Positions 16,677 to 26,034 are shown, counted from the first letter of the stretch. The stretch is DNA of 64,000 nt from Polyangiaceae bacterium (GCA_046351415.1 JAXLYO010000010.1:217234-281233), one strand, 5' to 3'. Notes: generated by a model from the sequence alone, not told the origin. Program-made: numbers and translations.

Positions 16677-17767
16677 GAGGCCTTGAGGCTCTCCTCGACG
16701 CGAATGACGACCGCGCTGATATTGTCGCGACCTCCGCGAGCATTCGCCAGATTGACGAGCTCATCGACCACCTGCTGCGGCGGGGACGAGATGTTCGCGT
16801 TCAAGATGCTCTGGAGCGTCGTATCGTTGACGGATCGGGTGAGTCCGTCCGTGCACAAAAGGTAGATGTCACCCTCCAGCGGGACGCCGAGCATGAGGTC
16901 GATACGCACCGCTGGACCGATGCCGACGGCGCGAGAGAGACGGCCTGCCATCGGACCGGGAATCCCCATTTCTCCGAGCGTGTGATCCGTCGAGAGTCGA
17001 ACGAGCTCTCCGGCGCGAAGGCGATAGATGCGACTGTCACCAACGTGACCGACCGCAAGGCGACGCTTCTTCGTGGCGAAGTGAGCGACGACGAGCGTCG
17101 TGCCCATGCGCTGCTTTCGCGTCTGCGTTCGCGCCTCTGCGTAGACGCGCTCGTTTGCGAGACGCATGGCGCCCGCGACGACGCGCGAGGGGGTCGGTAG
17201 GTCTTCCGAGCTCGTGATCGCCGCGGTCTGGGCCGGTGAGTTGACTGCTTCTTGCACCGCCGTGACGGCGAGGTTCGACGCTACTTCGCCGAGTTCATGA
17301 CCGCCCATTCCGTCTGCCACCGCGAACACCCCATGCTCCGGCATGGTGAGAACCGCGTCTTCATTTCCGGAACGGACGAGGCCCTTGTCCGTGCGAGCAG
17401 AGCCTACGAGGAGGAGGAGTTCGCGAGACCGGGTCGCGGTGTCTTCGCCGGCGCGGTCATCGTAGAACTTCGGAAGGTACTCGTTCTTCGCGATGGCACC
17501 GATCGACGTGTCCTCGCCGGGAACCTGGAAGACGTCGGTCACGTCGCAATCGACGTCGTCACCGACATCGATGCTGGGCATCGCGGGAACGTCGGCGGGC
17601 CCCTTCGAGCTTGGCGCTTTATCCGTCGAGAGTGCCGCGACGGGGGCTGTACCACCAACCGAAGCAGGCGACTTTTTCGCTGCTTTTTTCGAGCGGGACG
17701 AAATGAAGAAGCTCGTCGCGACAAGGGCGAGGCCGCCGAGCGCGACTGCAAGAAGAACCCAATTCAT
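16673..17767 (-). CDS. membrane-anchored PP2C-family Ser/Thr phosphatase
   Basis: N-terminal TM; RSGNEDAV, VADGMGGHELGEVAS, LLCTDGL and RGGRDNISAVV motifs. Its stop overlaps the kinase start as ATGA. Confidence 0.88.
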   Translation of the reverse strand: MNWVLLAVALGGLALVATSFFISSRSKKAAKKSPASVGGTAPVAALSTDKAPSSKGPADVPAMPSIDVGDDVDCDVTDVFQVPGEDTSIGAIAKNEYLPKFYDDRAGEDTATRSRELLLLVGSARTDKGLVRSGNEDAVLTMPEHGVFAVADGMGGHELGEVASNLAVTAVQEAVNSPAQTAAITSSEDLPTPSRVVAGAMRLANERVYAEARTQTRKQRMGTTLVVAHFATKKRRLAVGHVGDSRIYRLRAGELVRLSTDHTLGEMGIPGPMAGRLSRAVGIGPAVRIDLMLGVPLEGDIYLLCTDGLTRSVNDTTLQSILNANISSPPQQVVDELVNLANARGGRDNISAVVIRVEESLKAS

Positions 17768-17986
17768 CTACGAACCTCACGAGAGGGCGCTCGATCCATC
17801 GAAAGAAAAGTATCACTAGCGTTAAAGGGAAGCCAGACTTTGGCTGTTTCCTGACCGCGCCGCAGAGGCGCGTGCGTGCTACGCCTCCGACGCTTTCGCT
17901 TGTTCAGTACCTCGCGAAGAGACGATCGCGAGCGACGTGTACGCCTTGTGCGCACATGCGCCGTCAGGCGGAAGGCATATTCGACG

Positions 17987-18532
17987 TCACTTCGTCGCAA
18001 CGATCCAGGCGACCGCGCCAAGACCGGCGAGGACGACGAGCGCGATCGCGATCACGAGGTAGAGCCCCATTCCTCCGCCCTTTTCTCGCTCAGCGGGCAC
18101 GGGGACATGCGTGGTCGCCGGGCCGGGATGCGCGGCCGGCATCTCCGGATCACTCCTCACAACGTCGATCATGAAGGTGCGGAGGACGCGCTCCATCTGT
18201 TGTACGAGGTTCTCGTACACCGGAGGCAAAAACGGCGGCGGACGACCAAAACGTTCTTGGAACGCACGGACGACGTAGCCGTAGCTCCTCACCTCTGCGC
18301 GCCTGTTTCCGACGTGGACGGACCCGATGGTGATCGTGAGGCCTCCCTGAACAGGTACGAGGCGAATGTGCTGCAGAGAGCGCACGCCTTGGCCGGTAGA
18401 CGCCTCGGGCTCCATCAGCTCGGCGCGGAACCCCGCAAGCCCGGCGGAAGCAACGCCAGCCTTGAACGTTTCCGAAATCACCATTCCCTGTTCGGCGACG
18501 GCGGTGAGAGCTTTCGGGCGCGGCTTGTTCAT
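17987..18532 (-). CDS. hypothetical C-terminally membrane-anchored protein
   Basis: Sole long ORF here with minus-strand codon bias; C-terminal TM LYLVIAIALVVLAGLGAVAWIV; 6-nt gap from the upstream gene. Confidence 0.55.
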   Translation of the reverse strand: MNKPRPKALTAVAEQGMVISETFKAGVASAGLAGFRAELMEPEASTGQGVRSLQHIRLVPVQGGLTITIGSVHVGNRRAEVRSYGYVVRAFQERFGRPPPFLPPVYENLVQQMERVLRTFMIDVVRSDPEMPAAHPGPATTHVPVPAEREKGGGMGLYLVIAIALVVLAGLGAVAWIVATK

Positions 18533-18538
18533 GGCGTT

Positions 18539-19681
18539 CTACTTCCCGGCCGGCGGCGCAACCTCACCGCAGATGCCCGTTTGAGCGCTCTTCGGAACGT
18601 AGGGTTCTACGGGTGACCCCTTCTGCGGAGGCTTGGGCGCTCCTGGTGACCATTGTTCGTCAGAGCCGAGATCCATGCGAAAATCTCCGGTGTCCGCATG
18701 GAACGCTCCTCTAACCGGGTGCTCGGCCCGCAAGAAGCCGATGGCCTTCGTTCCCTCGACCGTATTGACCCATATCGGTGCATCCTGCATGCACTTGAGA
18801 TAGGTGTACTGCATCTTTCGGTGCGTAGGGCCTGCGGAAAAACCTGGCTTCGTCGACCGAGTGTCGGGCTTCACGGCCGATGCAGGGACCCAACCCTCCC
18901 CTCGCAGCGCACGCCCAGCGTCGAACCGCACTTGGACGAGGTTCTTCTTCTTCTGGACGATGAGTACGTGTCGCTCCGGCGCGGTCTTCTCCGCGGGAAA
19001 CTCCAAGTTCGCGACCGACTTTCCACTGTCATCCAACAGGGCGAGTGGCGGTTTGGCCGAAAGGATTCCAGGCTGAGGCTTCGTTCCATCTGGCGCGAGC
19101 TCGGCGCTGGGGCCACCACCGGCCCGCAGGAACGGCGTCGCGTTCGCGCATGGCACCTTGAAGCTGTCCGGTTCACCGAAGCGTGATGCTTCGGGAACGA
19201 CCCAGTCGAACAGCTCAGTGTGCGGAGCGAAGTCTGCGCCACTCACGGCAGCAGGAGTCTGGATCGAGAGCACGTCGTAGTGGAGCCATCCGTCTCGCAC
19301 GATTGGCGCCTTACCGTAATAGGCAGGCATCGCGATCGGGAAGTACGTGTGAAGAACGAATTTGTCGGTAACGAGGTCGATGAAGCCGAGCGGCTCCTTT
19401 TCGAGCAGCGTCAGCTTCACCTTCTCGACCGCGCCGAGTTCACTCGTGTGCGCGACTGCGGAGCCGTCGACCCAAAGGTTTCCGACGTAGCTAAACGTAT
19501 CGTCTTTGGCCGCGTCGGCCTCGATGGCACACGCCGACGGAGGCGCTTTCAAGATCTCCGTTCCGGCCGGAGCCTTCACGCTTTGCGGCGCAGCAGGCTT
19601 CGCCCCTCCGCAACCGCTCACGGCCAAAAGACCCGCGATAGCGACGACACACGACCCGGAGCGCTTCACACGTGACCTCAT
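18539..19681 (-). CDS. hypothetical lipoprotein
   Basis: Signal/lipobox VVAIAGLLAVSGC; no recognisable catalytic motif. Confidence 0.7.
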   Translation of the reverse strand: MRSRVKRSGSCVVAIAGLLAVSGCGGAKPAAPQSVKAPAGTEILKAPPSACAIEADAAKDDTFSYVGNLWVDGSAVAHTSELGAVEKVKLTLLEKEPLGFIDLVTDKFVLHTYFPIAMPAYYGKAPIVRDGWLHYDVLSIQTPAAVSGADFAPHTELFDWVVPEASRFGEPDSFKVPCANATPFLRAGGGPSAELAPDGTKPQPGILSAKPPLALLDDSGKSVANLEFPAEKTAPERHVLIVQKKKNLVQVRFDAGRALRGEGWVPASAVKPDTRSTKPGFSAGPTHRKMQYTYLKCMQDAPIWVNTVEGTKAIGFLRAEHPVRGAFHADTGDFRMDLGSDEQWSPGAPKPPQKGSPVEPYVPKSAQTGICGEVAPPAGK

Positions 19682-19763
19682 GAGTTGAAATCATGACGGT
19701 AGCGCAGAGCGAAGAGCGCATCCAAGTTTGCGCGGACCCTAAGGGATGCCCCTCAGGATGTTC

Positions 19764-20441
19764 CTAGCGAATCTTCGTCCACGTATACACCTCGGCCACG
19801 GGGTTCCCGCCACCACCCGTCGAATAGAAGAACTGGGTCAGCGTGTTGGCCGTTGCGCTGTAGTCGATCTCGGTGGGCGGAAAGGGGGCCCCGGGGGTTT
19901 GGTCGTCACACACGAGCGTGGCCGAATACTTCGTCGAGACGCCCCCCGGTGCAATCTGCACGTTTTGATGGTGACCCGCGATGTTCGACTTAATGACACC
20001 ACCTTTGACATCGAGCGTCCACTTGGCGGGCGTCGACGTGGGCGTGTCGTACTGAAAGACGAGCTGGAAGTCGTCGTACACGACATCGGACGTGATGACG
20101 TACACGCCGTCCGCAATCGTGCCGCCCGTGGGTGCCGGCGCTGGCTGATGCTTGTACATCACTGTGTTCATGGTTCCTTCTTCGACGGTCGTGTTGCAGA
20201 TACCGGCCGCATCGGTCGCGGCGTCGCCGGCGTCCGACAGCGTGACTCCCGAGCTACCGGACGTGCCCGAAGAGCCGGACGTTCCGGACGAGCCGGACGT
20301 GCCGGAGCTACCGGACGTGCCCGAAGCACCTGAGCTCGTGCCGCTCTGATTGCCACCCGCTTTCGCGATGTCGGCGTCCGAGGCACAAGCAACGAGAACG
20401 CAAGCGGAAGAAACGAAAGCAAGCAGGACGATATTTTTCAT
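19764..20441 (-). CDS. hypothetical lipoprotein with (SGTSGS)n linker
   Basis: MKNIVLLAFVSSACVLVAC lipobox, then SGTSSGASGTSGSSGTSGSSGTSGSSGTSGSSG. Confidence 0.7.
   Translation of the reverse strand: MKNIVLLAFVSSACVLVACASDADIAKAGGNQSGTSSGASGTSGSSGTSGSSGTSGSSGTSGSSGVTLSDAGDAATDAAGICNTTVEEGTMNTVMYKHQPAPAPTGGTIADGVYVITSDVVYDDFQLVFQYDTPTSTPAKWTLDVKGGVIKSNIAGHHQNVQIAPGGVSTKYSATLVCDDQTPGAPFPPTEIDYSATANTLTQFFYSTGGGGNPVAEVYTWTKIR
20251..20335. repeat. about 4.5 tandem copies of an 18-nt unit encoding Gly/Ser/Thr hexapeptides
   Basis: gagctaccggacgtgccc / gaagagccggacgttccg / gacgagccggacgtgccg / gagctaccggacgtgccc / gaagcacc..., read directly. Confidence 0.8.
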
Positions 20442-20519
20442 CACGGTCTCCATCTTGCTCGTGAATGCCTTTAGCCACGCCGTTGCTTCGAAAAAAAGTG
20501 ACGCCGTGCCACGAATTCG

Positions 20520-21284
20520 TCATTCCGCTTTCGGGGCCACGATGGTCTCTAGTCGCGACGCGTAGATGGTGCCCTGCACGCGTGGACGCAAGGCGGCCGC
20601 GTGCGTACGTGCATCTTGCATGCGTCCCGACGACACGAGCGCTTCGATGGCGACCATTTCCCGCTCGAGCGCCAGCGTTCCTTTGGGGAAACGATGGCCA
20701 TGCTCCCGCGTTTTCGCGAGCGCTCCGGCAGGGTTCGTGCGAACGAGGGATTTGGCTTCCTGTAGGAGACGCACTTCTTCCGCCAAGAGATCTTCCGGTG
20801 TTTCGCTCGCAATCGCCTGCACGGTGGACGAAGCAGCGCTTGGTTGCGGCGCAGTGCGAACCGTGCTGGGTGCCGGAAGAGGCGCGCGCGGCAATCCGTC
20901 GACGGTCTCGACGGCGGCCGTGAACGAGGCCACGGGATTCACGGGGCCCGACAGCGCTGAGCCGGCGGAAGTCGCCACGAGTCGAAGACCCGGGTCCTCT
21001 TGCGAAGAAGCGCCGCTCGAACCGTGTTCGCGAACGACGACAGCAGCCGTCGCCACAGCGGCGAACACCGCGAACGCGACCACGGCTGCAGCTGCCGCCT
21101 TTGCTTTGAAAAGGCCCGCAAAGAACGCGGGAAATGCCGCCATCACAGCGATGCGACGTCGATGGCGCAGAAAGACGCCCTCGGGCATGGGCTCGGTCGG
21201 CCGGAGCTCGCTCGCGGAAAGCAACCGCCTTACCGCATCCGGCGTTTCGGGGTCTTCGAACAGGCGCGGCGGATCGTCCATCAT
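20520..21284 (-). CDS. putative anti-sigma factor (single-pass membrane protein)
   Basis: Its ATG overlaps the ECF sigma stop (ATGA). Short cytoplasmic N-terminus, Ala-rich TM (AAFPAFFAGLF...AVVAFAVFAAVATAAVVV) and an extracytoplasmic C-terminal domain. Confidence 0.6.
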   Translation of the reverse strand: MMDDPPRLFEDPETPDAVRRLLSASELRPTEPMPEGVFLRHRRRIAVMAAFPAFFAGLFKAKAAAAAVVAFAVFAAVATAAVVVREHGSSGASSQEDPGLRLVATSAGSALSGPVNPVASFTAAVETVDGLPRAPLPAPSTVRTAPQPSAASSTVQAIASETPEDLLAEEVRLLQEAKSLVRTNPAGALAKTREHGHRFPKGTLALEREMVAIEALVSSGRMQDARTHAAALRPRVQGTIYASRLETIVAPKAE

Positions 21285-21853
21285 GACCTGTCCCCTCCCG
21301 GCGCCGAAGAGAGGCCGCTTCGCTCGGAACGGAGTGTCGAACGTTTGATACCTTCCTGGAACTCTTTACGTGCAGTGTGCAAACGTGAATGCACGGTACC
21401 AAGCGGAATCCCGACTACCTCGGCAATCTCTTGGCACGAAAGCTGGTCGATCTCGTACATGACGAAGATGGCTCTCTTCTCGAGGTCGAGTGTATCGAGC
21501 ACGTGGTCGACGACAGCTGCCGCCTGACGTCGCTCGAGGGACGTCTCGGGGCCCGCTGCTCCGGACGGCCTTTCCGGAAGGACATCCGTCAGAAGCTCGT
21601 GGCGACGGTGTGCCTTGCGGCGGGCGGCGGAGGCCACGCGCAGGCAGATCCCGAAAAGCCACGACGTCATTTTGGCCGTGCCATCGAAGGTCGACAGCTT
21701 CCGGTATACGACGATGAAAACTTCCTGATGTGCGTCTTCGAGCTCGGCTCCGCGAACACCGAGGCGCTGCAGCGAACGCCACACGAAGTTCGCGTGCTCA
21801 CGATGGACTTGGCGGACGTCCTGCGCTGGCGCGAACGCCTCAGCCGAAGCCAT
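21281..21853 (-). CDS. ECF (group 4) RNA polymerase sigma factor
   Basis: Region 2 (DAHQEVFIVVYRKLSTFDG...SWLFGI) and region 4 HTH (LSCQEIAEVVGIPLGTVHSRLHTARKEF). Start taken at MASAEAF (ATG 21853). Confidence 0.85.
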   Translation of the reverse strand: MASAEAFAPAQDVRQVHREHANFVWRSLQRLGVRGAELEDAHQEVFIVVYRKLSTFDGTAKMTSWLFGICLRVASAARRKAHRRHELLTDVLPERPSGAAGPETSLERRQAAAVVDHVLDTLDLEKRAIFVMYEIDQLSCQEIAEVVGIPLGTVHSRLHTARKEFQEGIKRSTLRSERSGLSSAPGGDRS

Positions 21854-21918
21854 GAAATCGCAAGGAAGCGCCGCCACGTGAGACCACAGGACGTAGATGC
21901 ACGCGCCCGAAAATTGCT

Positions 21919-22950
21919 TCAAAAAAAATGTACGCCGACGGTCAGTTTTCCGATGGGAACGAGCGGTGGCTGCTGAAACACCGTAGAAGTCTCGCCGATC
22001 ACGTAAAAGCGATGACGGATGAAGGGGGCCACAGCCCCCAACCCCAGCTCGAAATCCAACGGAGCCACGGGCGAAAAGCGAATGAGGGCCTCCACGTCTC
22101 CGGCTACCCAAAGCCGCGTGCCCGGCTCCGTCGGCACGAGGGTGAACACGACGGCATGGAGCTCACCGAAGCCGAGATTCGCGCATGGTGCGACGGAAAA
22201 GAAGGGCCCCCGCCCACGCTCCGAGGAGCCCACTTTGACGACGTCGTAGCAGGCGCCAAGGAAGCCAGCGGTGAGACCGAACGCGAACCGACGGTCCGTA
22301 CTGCGCTGTTCCGGCGCCATCATTCCCGAGAGACGAAGCCAGAACGAAGGCACGACCTCTGCGCCGCCACCCAGCAGAACCACCGGCGAAACACCGGGAA
22401 GCCCCTCGGACCACCATCCCACGCCCGCTTCGAAGATCGTTTGCGTGCCCGCCGATCGAGGAGGGGGTGGCACCGTAGCGACGGGCCGAGCCGGCGGTGG
22501 CGGGGGTGGCGGCGACGGCAGCGGTTCCGCCGTGGGCTTGGGCTGTGCGGGCTTCGACAGCGCAGCATCCGGATCGATGTGGAGAGCGATCGCGAGGGCG
22601 GCAGCAGCCCCGAGGGTTTCGCAACTGGAACCCGCTTGTGCCGAGAGTGTGCGTTCTCCAGCGAGACGCCCGTCTGCGTTGCGAATGCGTATCTCGGCTC
22701 GCATGCTTCCCGTTCCGCTCGCGTCTGCGTGGAACGTCACTTCGACTTGCTCCTCGGCGGATTCGGCAAACGGGTTTCGTCCGAGCCTCGCCGTCACTGC
22801 ATCGGAGAGCGCTGACGCAGACGGGCAAGCTTCTGCGCCAGCTTCGCGGGCAACCGAAAGACGAACTTTCGCAGCAGAAGGGCTCGCCGCGGCAGACGTC
22901 TCAAGCCAGAGGCCGCCGAGCGCGAGCGCAAGAACGGTGACGGCGCGCAC
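21919..22950 (-). CDS. hypothetical secreted protein; Pro-rich linker and beta-barrel-like C-terminal half ending in Phe
   Basis: A GTG start at 22950 overlaps the GH5 stop by 1 nt and gives VRAVTVLALALGGLWLETSAAA. PSPPPPPPPARP linker; C-terminus ...KLTVGVHFF. The start is uncertain. Confidence 0.55.
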   Translation of the reverse strand: MRAVTVLALALGGLWLETSAAASPSAAKVRLSVAREAGAEACPSASALSDAVTARLGRNPFAESAEEQVEVTFHADASGTGSMRAEIRIRNADGRLAGERTLSAQAGSSCETLGAAAALAIALHIDPDAALSKPAQPKPTAEPLPSPPPPPPPARPVATVPPPPRSAGTQTIFEAGVGWWSEGLPGVSPVVLLGGGAEVVPSFWLRLSGMMAPEQRSTDRRFAFGLTAGFLGACYDVVKVGSSERGRGPFFSVAPCANLGFGELHAVVFTLVPTEPGTRLWVAGDVEALIRFSPVAPLDFELGLGAVAPFIRHRFYVIGETSTVFQQPPLVPIGKLTVGVHFF

Positions 22951-24392
22951 TAACGGGCCTTTCGAACGATCTGGATCGAGTGCGTCTTCTTGTTCGGGTC
23001 GCGGAAGATCGAAAGCGTACTCGATGCTTCGTCCCACTCTGCGCGATCGGTGCCGTCGATCGTCACGTCGAACCCTTTCGCGTAGTGACGGGCCTTCGGG
23101 ACGAAAATGACCGTCGGGTCCGGGATGCTCCGGGTTTCGTCCTCACGAAACACCATCGAAAACGCTCCCGAGTCCTGGTCCCACGAAAGAGAGTCGAGAT
23201 GACCTGCCACCATGCGGGGGTACGGAGAGATGAAAGCATCGAGCACCGGCTTGCACTCTTTGCGATCACGATCGACGACGGAGAACACGTCCCCTCCGGG
23301 AAAAAAGGCCCACAACGCACTTCCGACGCGATACGCGTTTTGCTCGACCATGGCATGGCGAACACCGAGGGCCGTCTTGGGTATGAAACCCGACGCTTCG
23401 CTCGTGACCCCTCCGAACTCCCCGACCCACAGGACGGATTCGAACGCGACCGCTTCGTCCTGTGCTCGCTCGTAGTCTTTCCGTACGGCAGAACGATCTC
23501 CAGAGTAAGCACTCGTCGGAAGCCCGCCCGTCGTCGTGTAAAGGTGGGGAGCATAGAGGGTGTTCGGGTCGCCGATGGGCTCCGGCTTCGCTGCGAGACC
23601 CAGGTTGCGAATGACCGGCGGCTCGAGCACGATGAGCTGCGGAGCACCCGCACCTCGAATGACGTCTTTCGCACGTCGATAGAACGGGTAGAGCGCTTCG
23701 TGCTCGAAGGTCGTGGCGTTCGGAAGGTCCATCGGCTCGTTCATGAAGTCGAAGCCAATGACGGTCTTCGAGTCACGGTAGCGTTCGGCGATCCGCTTCC
23801 ACACCTTCAAGTAGTGATCGATGAGTGAGACCCCATCGGGGCCTTTGACCCCGGCCCAGAAGTCTGTCTGTGCTTTGTAGGACGCGTCCGCGCCCGGGGG
23901 CCCGTAGTTGTGGCCATCGCACACCCACTTCGGTGCACCATTGCCGCCGGTGCAAGGCGACCAGTAGAACTGGTGCATCTCGAGAACCACGAAGATGTGC
24001 TTCTTCTCGGCCCACTTCAGGAGCGGGTCGACTTGCGCCGTGAGGTACCCGAGATCGATGTTGCCCGGCGTCGGCTCCAGGTAGCTCCAGGCGATGGGCA
24101 ATCGCAGGACGTTCGCACCATAGCTACCGATGAGCGCCATATCGGCCTCTTTCGGTCCATGGGCTTCGCCGATGAAATTGCCGAATTCGAGGCCAGAGTA
24201 GTTGAACCCCCGGAGGATGAGCGCGCGGCGCGTTTGATCACGAATGACCCCCGCTTCGCGATCCACCATGAGAGGGAGTGTGGGATCGGGCGACGCAACT
24301 TCGGGGGTAGGAAGCGCCGACTGGCACTGAACCCCCGACAAGACCGTTGCAGAAAGCAAAATGCGCGACCCAAGCTGCACTGCACGTCGCAT
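22950..24392 (-). CDS. glycoside hydrolase family 5 (cellulase / endoglycoceramidase-like), secreted
   Basis: FDFMNEP (acid/base Glu) and WVGEFG (nucleophile Glu); LRLPIAW; signal MRRAVQLGSRILLSATVLSGVQC. The long upstream extension was rejected. Confidence 0.85.
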   Translation of the reverse strand: MRRAVQLGSRILLSATVLSGVQCQSALPTPEVASPDPTLPLMVDREAGVIRDQTRRALILRGFNYSGLEFGNFIGEAHGPKEADMALIGSYGANVLRLPIAWSYLEPTPGNIDLGYLTAQVDPLLKWAEKKHIFVVLEMHQFYWSPCTGGNGAPKWVCDGHNYGPPGADASYKAQTDFWAGVKGPDGVSLIDHYLKVWKRIAERYRDSKTVIGFDFMNEPMDLPNATTFEHEALYPFYRRAKDVIRGAGAPQLIVLEPPVIRNLGLAAKPEPIGDPNTLYAPHLYTTTGGLPTSAYSGDRSAVRKDYERAQDEAVAFESVLWVGEFGGVTSEASGFIPKTALGVRHAMVEQNAYRVGSALWAFFPGGDVFSVVDRDRKECKPVLDAFISPYPRMVAGHLDSLSWDQDSGAFSMVFREDETRSIPDPTVIFVPKARHYAKGFDVTIDGTDRAEWDEASSTLSIFRDPNKKTHSIQIVRKAR

Positions 24393-24478
24393 GTTCCCAC
24401 GCCTCTCGGCCACCATGCGGTGATACTCGCACGGAATGACGGGAACGCCAGTGCCCGAAAACGGAGGATCGCGCCGGC

Positions 24479-25678
24479 TCATCGCGACAGCGTGACGATC
24501 CATGGGACCCCGAACGCCCCTGGCTTGACGACCACGAAGACCGGCACCTCTCCGTCGCTCGTCGTGAGAGGGAATCGTTCGTGATACCGGGCGGTCGGTG
24601 CGCCTCGCAGCCAATCGGCTCGGACCGATACGTAGCCGGGCCCCTTGCTCTGGGTCTGGTAGTGAGCGGAGCCGCGTTCGGTCGTTTCGCGCCCGCCATC
24701 GAACGCGGTGTTCACATGCGCTGCGAAGACGATGCCGAACGGAAAGAACCCAAGCGACAGAAACGTGAAACCGAGCACGGTCGTCAAACTCGACGAACGC
24801 CCCCGAAATAGGGCCGCGTAGAAGAAGAACGAGAGTACCCAGAGCACGAAGGCAAAGGCGACCCCATAGATCGCGGTCGTGCTTCCGAAGGTGCGATCCG
24901 AAGGCCCTACGACCGCATAGGCGAGCGGTACGAGCGCCATCGAAAGTGCGAGTGTGACGCGGCCCCACCTCGTCGTGAGTGGGGGTTCCGGCGCAGCATG
25001 CGCGCCCGCCGCTCTCCCGTAGGGTCCTTGCTCGAAATGGGCCTCTTGCTCGAACGCTTTGGCGAGATCGAAGAGCGACCGAACCGATCGTCTGATGGCC
25101 TCGGTCTTCTCGAAGTCACGCAACAAGAGGCGCATGCGGATACCTGGCTCTCGTTGAGGCGCCTCCCCTTCGCGGGCCGCGCTGATCTGGAGGTGGACCC
25201 CGAGACCCCGCTCTTCGTCGAGCATGGAGACGATTGCCTCGCGTACCGCCTGGCTCGCGAGCAGGCGCCAGAGGTCGCCATCCTGCGCTGGAGAGTCGAC
25301 ATAGACGCGTTCGTCGAAAGCCGCGTCTCCGGTTTGGAACTCACGATTGATGCGCATCCGCTTGCCCAGACGATCGAGTCTGCTTTCACGGGTCAGCATC
25401 GTCGTCGCGGGAAAGAAGGCGTTCGCGATTCGAACGTGGAAGTCCGCTCCGATGAGCGCGCCTTTCGACCCCGTCGCAGGTTCCACCCGAATGGAGCTCC
25501 CTTCGAACTCGACTTCGAACATGGAGATCCACACGTGCTTGCCCGTGGCTTGCCACGTGTATCGCCCTCCGAGGCGATTCGCGAGAGACGTGAATCGCGG
25601 CATTACGTCCGTCGCATTCGTCGTCACGCCCGCAGAGTACCATTTCGTGGAAGGCCCCGGAGTGCGATGATGCTGCAA
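24479..25678 (-). CDS. hypothetical polytopic membrane protein (soluble N-terminal ~230 aa + ~4 TM)
   Basis: TM stretches VTLALSMALVPLAYAVV, AIYGVAFAFVLWVLSFFFYAALF and VLGFTFLSLGFFPFGIVFAA. The real start may be MPRFTSL at 25603. Confidence 0.6.
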   Translation of the reverse strand: MQHHRTPGPSTKWYSAGVTTNATDVMPRFTSLANRLGGRYTWQATGKHVWISMFEVEFEGSSIRVEPATGSKGALIGADFHVRIANAFFPATTMLTRESRLDRLGKRMRINREFQTGDAAFDERVYVDSPAQDGDLWRLLASQAVREAIVSMLDEERGLGVHLQISAAREGEAPQREPGIRMRLLLRDFEKTEAIRRSVRSLFDLAKAFEQEAHFEQGPYGRAAGAHAAPEPPLTTRWGRVTLALSMALVPLAYAVVGPSDRTFGSTTAIYGVAFAFVLWVLSFFFYAALFRGRSSSLTTVLGFTFLSLGFFPFGIVFAAHVNTAFDGGRETTERGSAHYQTQSKGPGYVSVRADWLRGAPTARYHERFPLTTSDGEVPVFVVVKPGAFGVPWIVTLSR

Positions 25679-25686
25679 CCTCGGTC

Positions 25687-26031
25687 ATGACGGAGAACCC
25701 GCGCATTCCCGGTCGACGACTGCTCGTGAGTGCGATCATCGCGCTCGCAATCGGCTATTCGCTCTGCGGCACCGTGCTCGTGTTCGTCCTCACCCTGACG
25801 AAGCCACAATCGGATGCGAGCGCGGGGCTCTTGCTCCTCGGTGAGGGGGTCGCGGGTCTTTTGGGAACGATGGCGCTGGTCTTCTCCATCGTCTCGATGG
25901 TGCGGAGATCTCGCGGCGGCGTGCCCTTCTCCGCGGGTGGGCTCATCGTGTGTCTCGCTGCCGTCCTTCTTCTCGGGATCGTACCCTCGGTGACGCTGGC
26001 ATACATCGTCGCGCGCACCCCCTTCGTGTGA
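25687..26031 (+). CDS. small hypothetical membrane protein (114 aa, ~4 TM)
   Basis: Hydrophobic segments LLVSAIIALAIGYSLCGTVLVFVL, LLLLGEGVAGLLGTMALVFSIV and LIVCLAAVLLLGIVPSV. Confidence 0.5.
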   Translation: MTENPRIPGRRLLVSAIIALAIGYSLCGTVLVFVLTLTKPQSDASAGLLLLGEGVAGLLGTMALVFSIVSMVRRSRGGVPFSAGGLIVCLAAVLLLGIVPSVTLAYIVARTPFV

Positions 26032-26034
26032 AGG

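Noticed and set aside
20251-20335. Possible CRISPR-like or other noncoding repeat array
   Set aside because: The units are 18 nt, contiguous with no spacers, and in frame within a lipoprotein gene. No CRISPR array or cas gene occurs anywhere in the window.
22950-24968. Full 672-aa version of the GH5 ORF
   Set aside because: The first ~190 aa are Arg-rich and overlap the upstream gene's 3' region. A proper signal peptide begins at the ATG at 24392.
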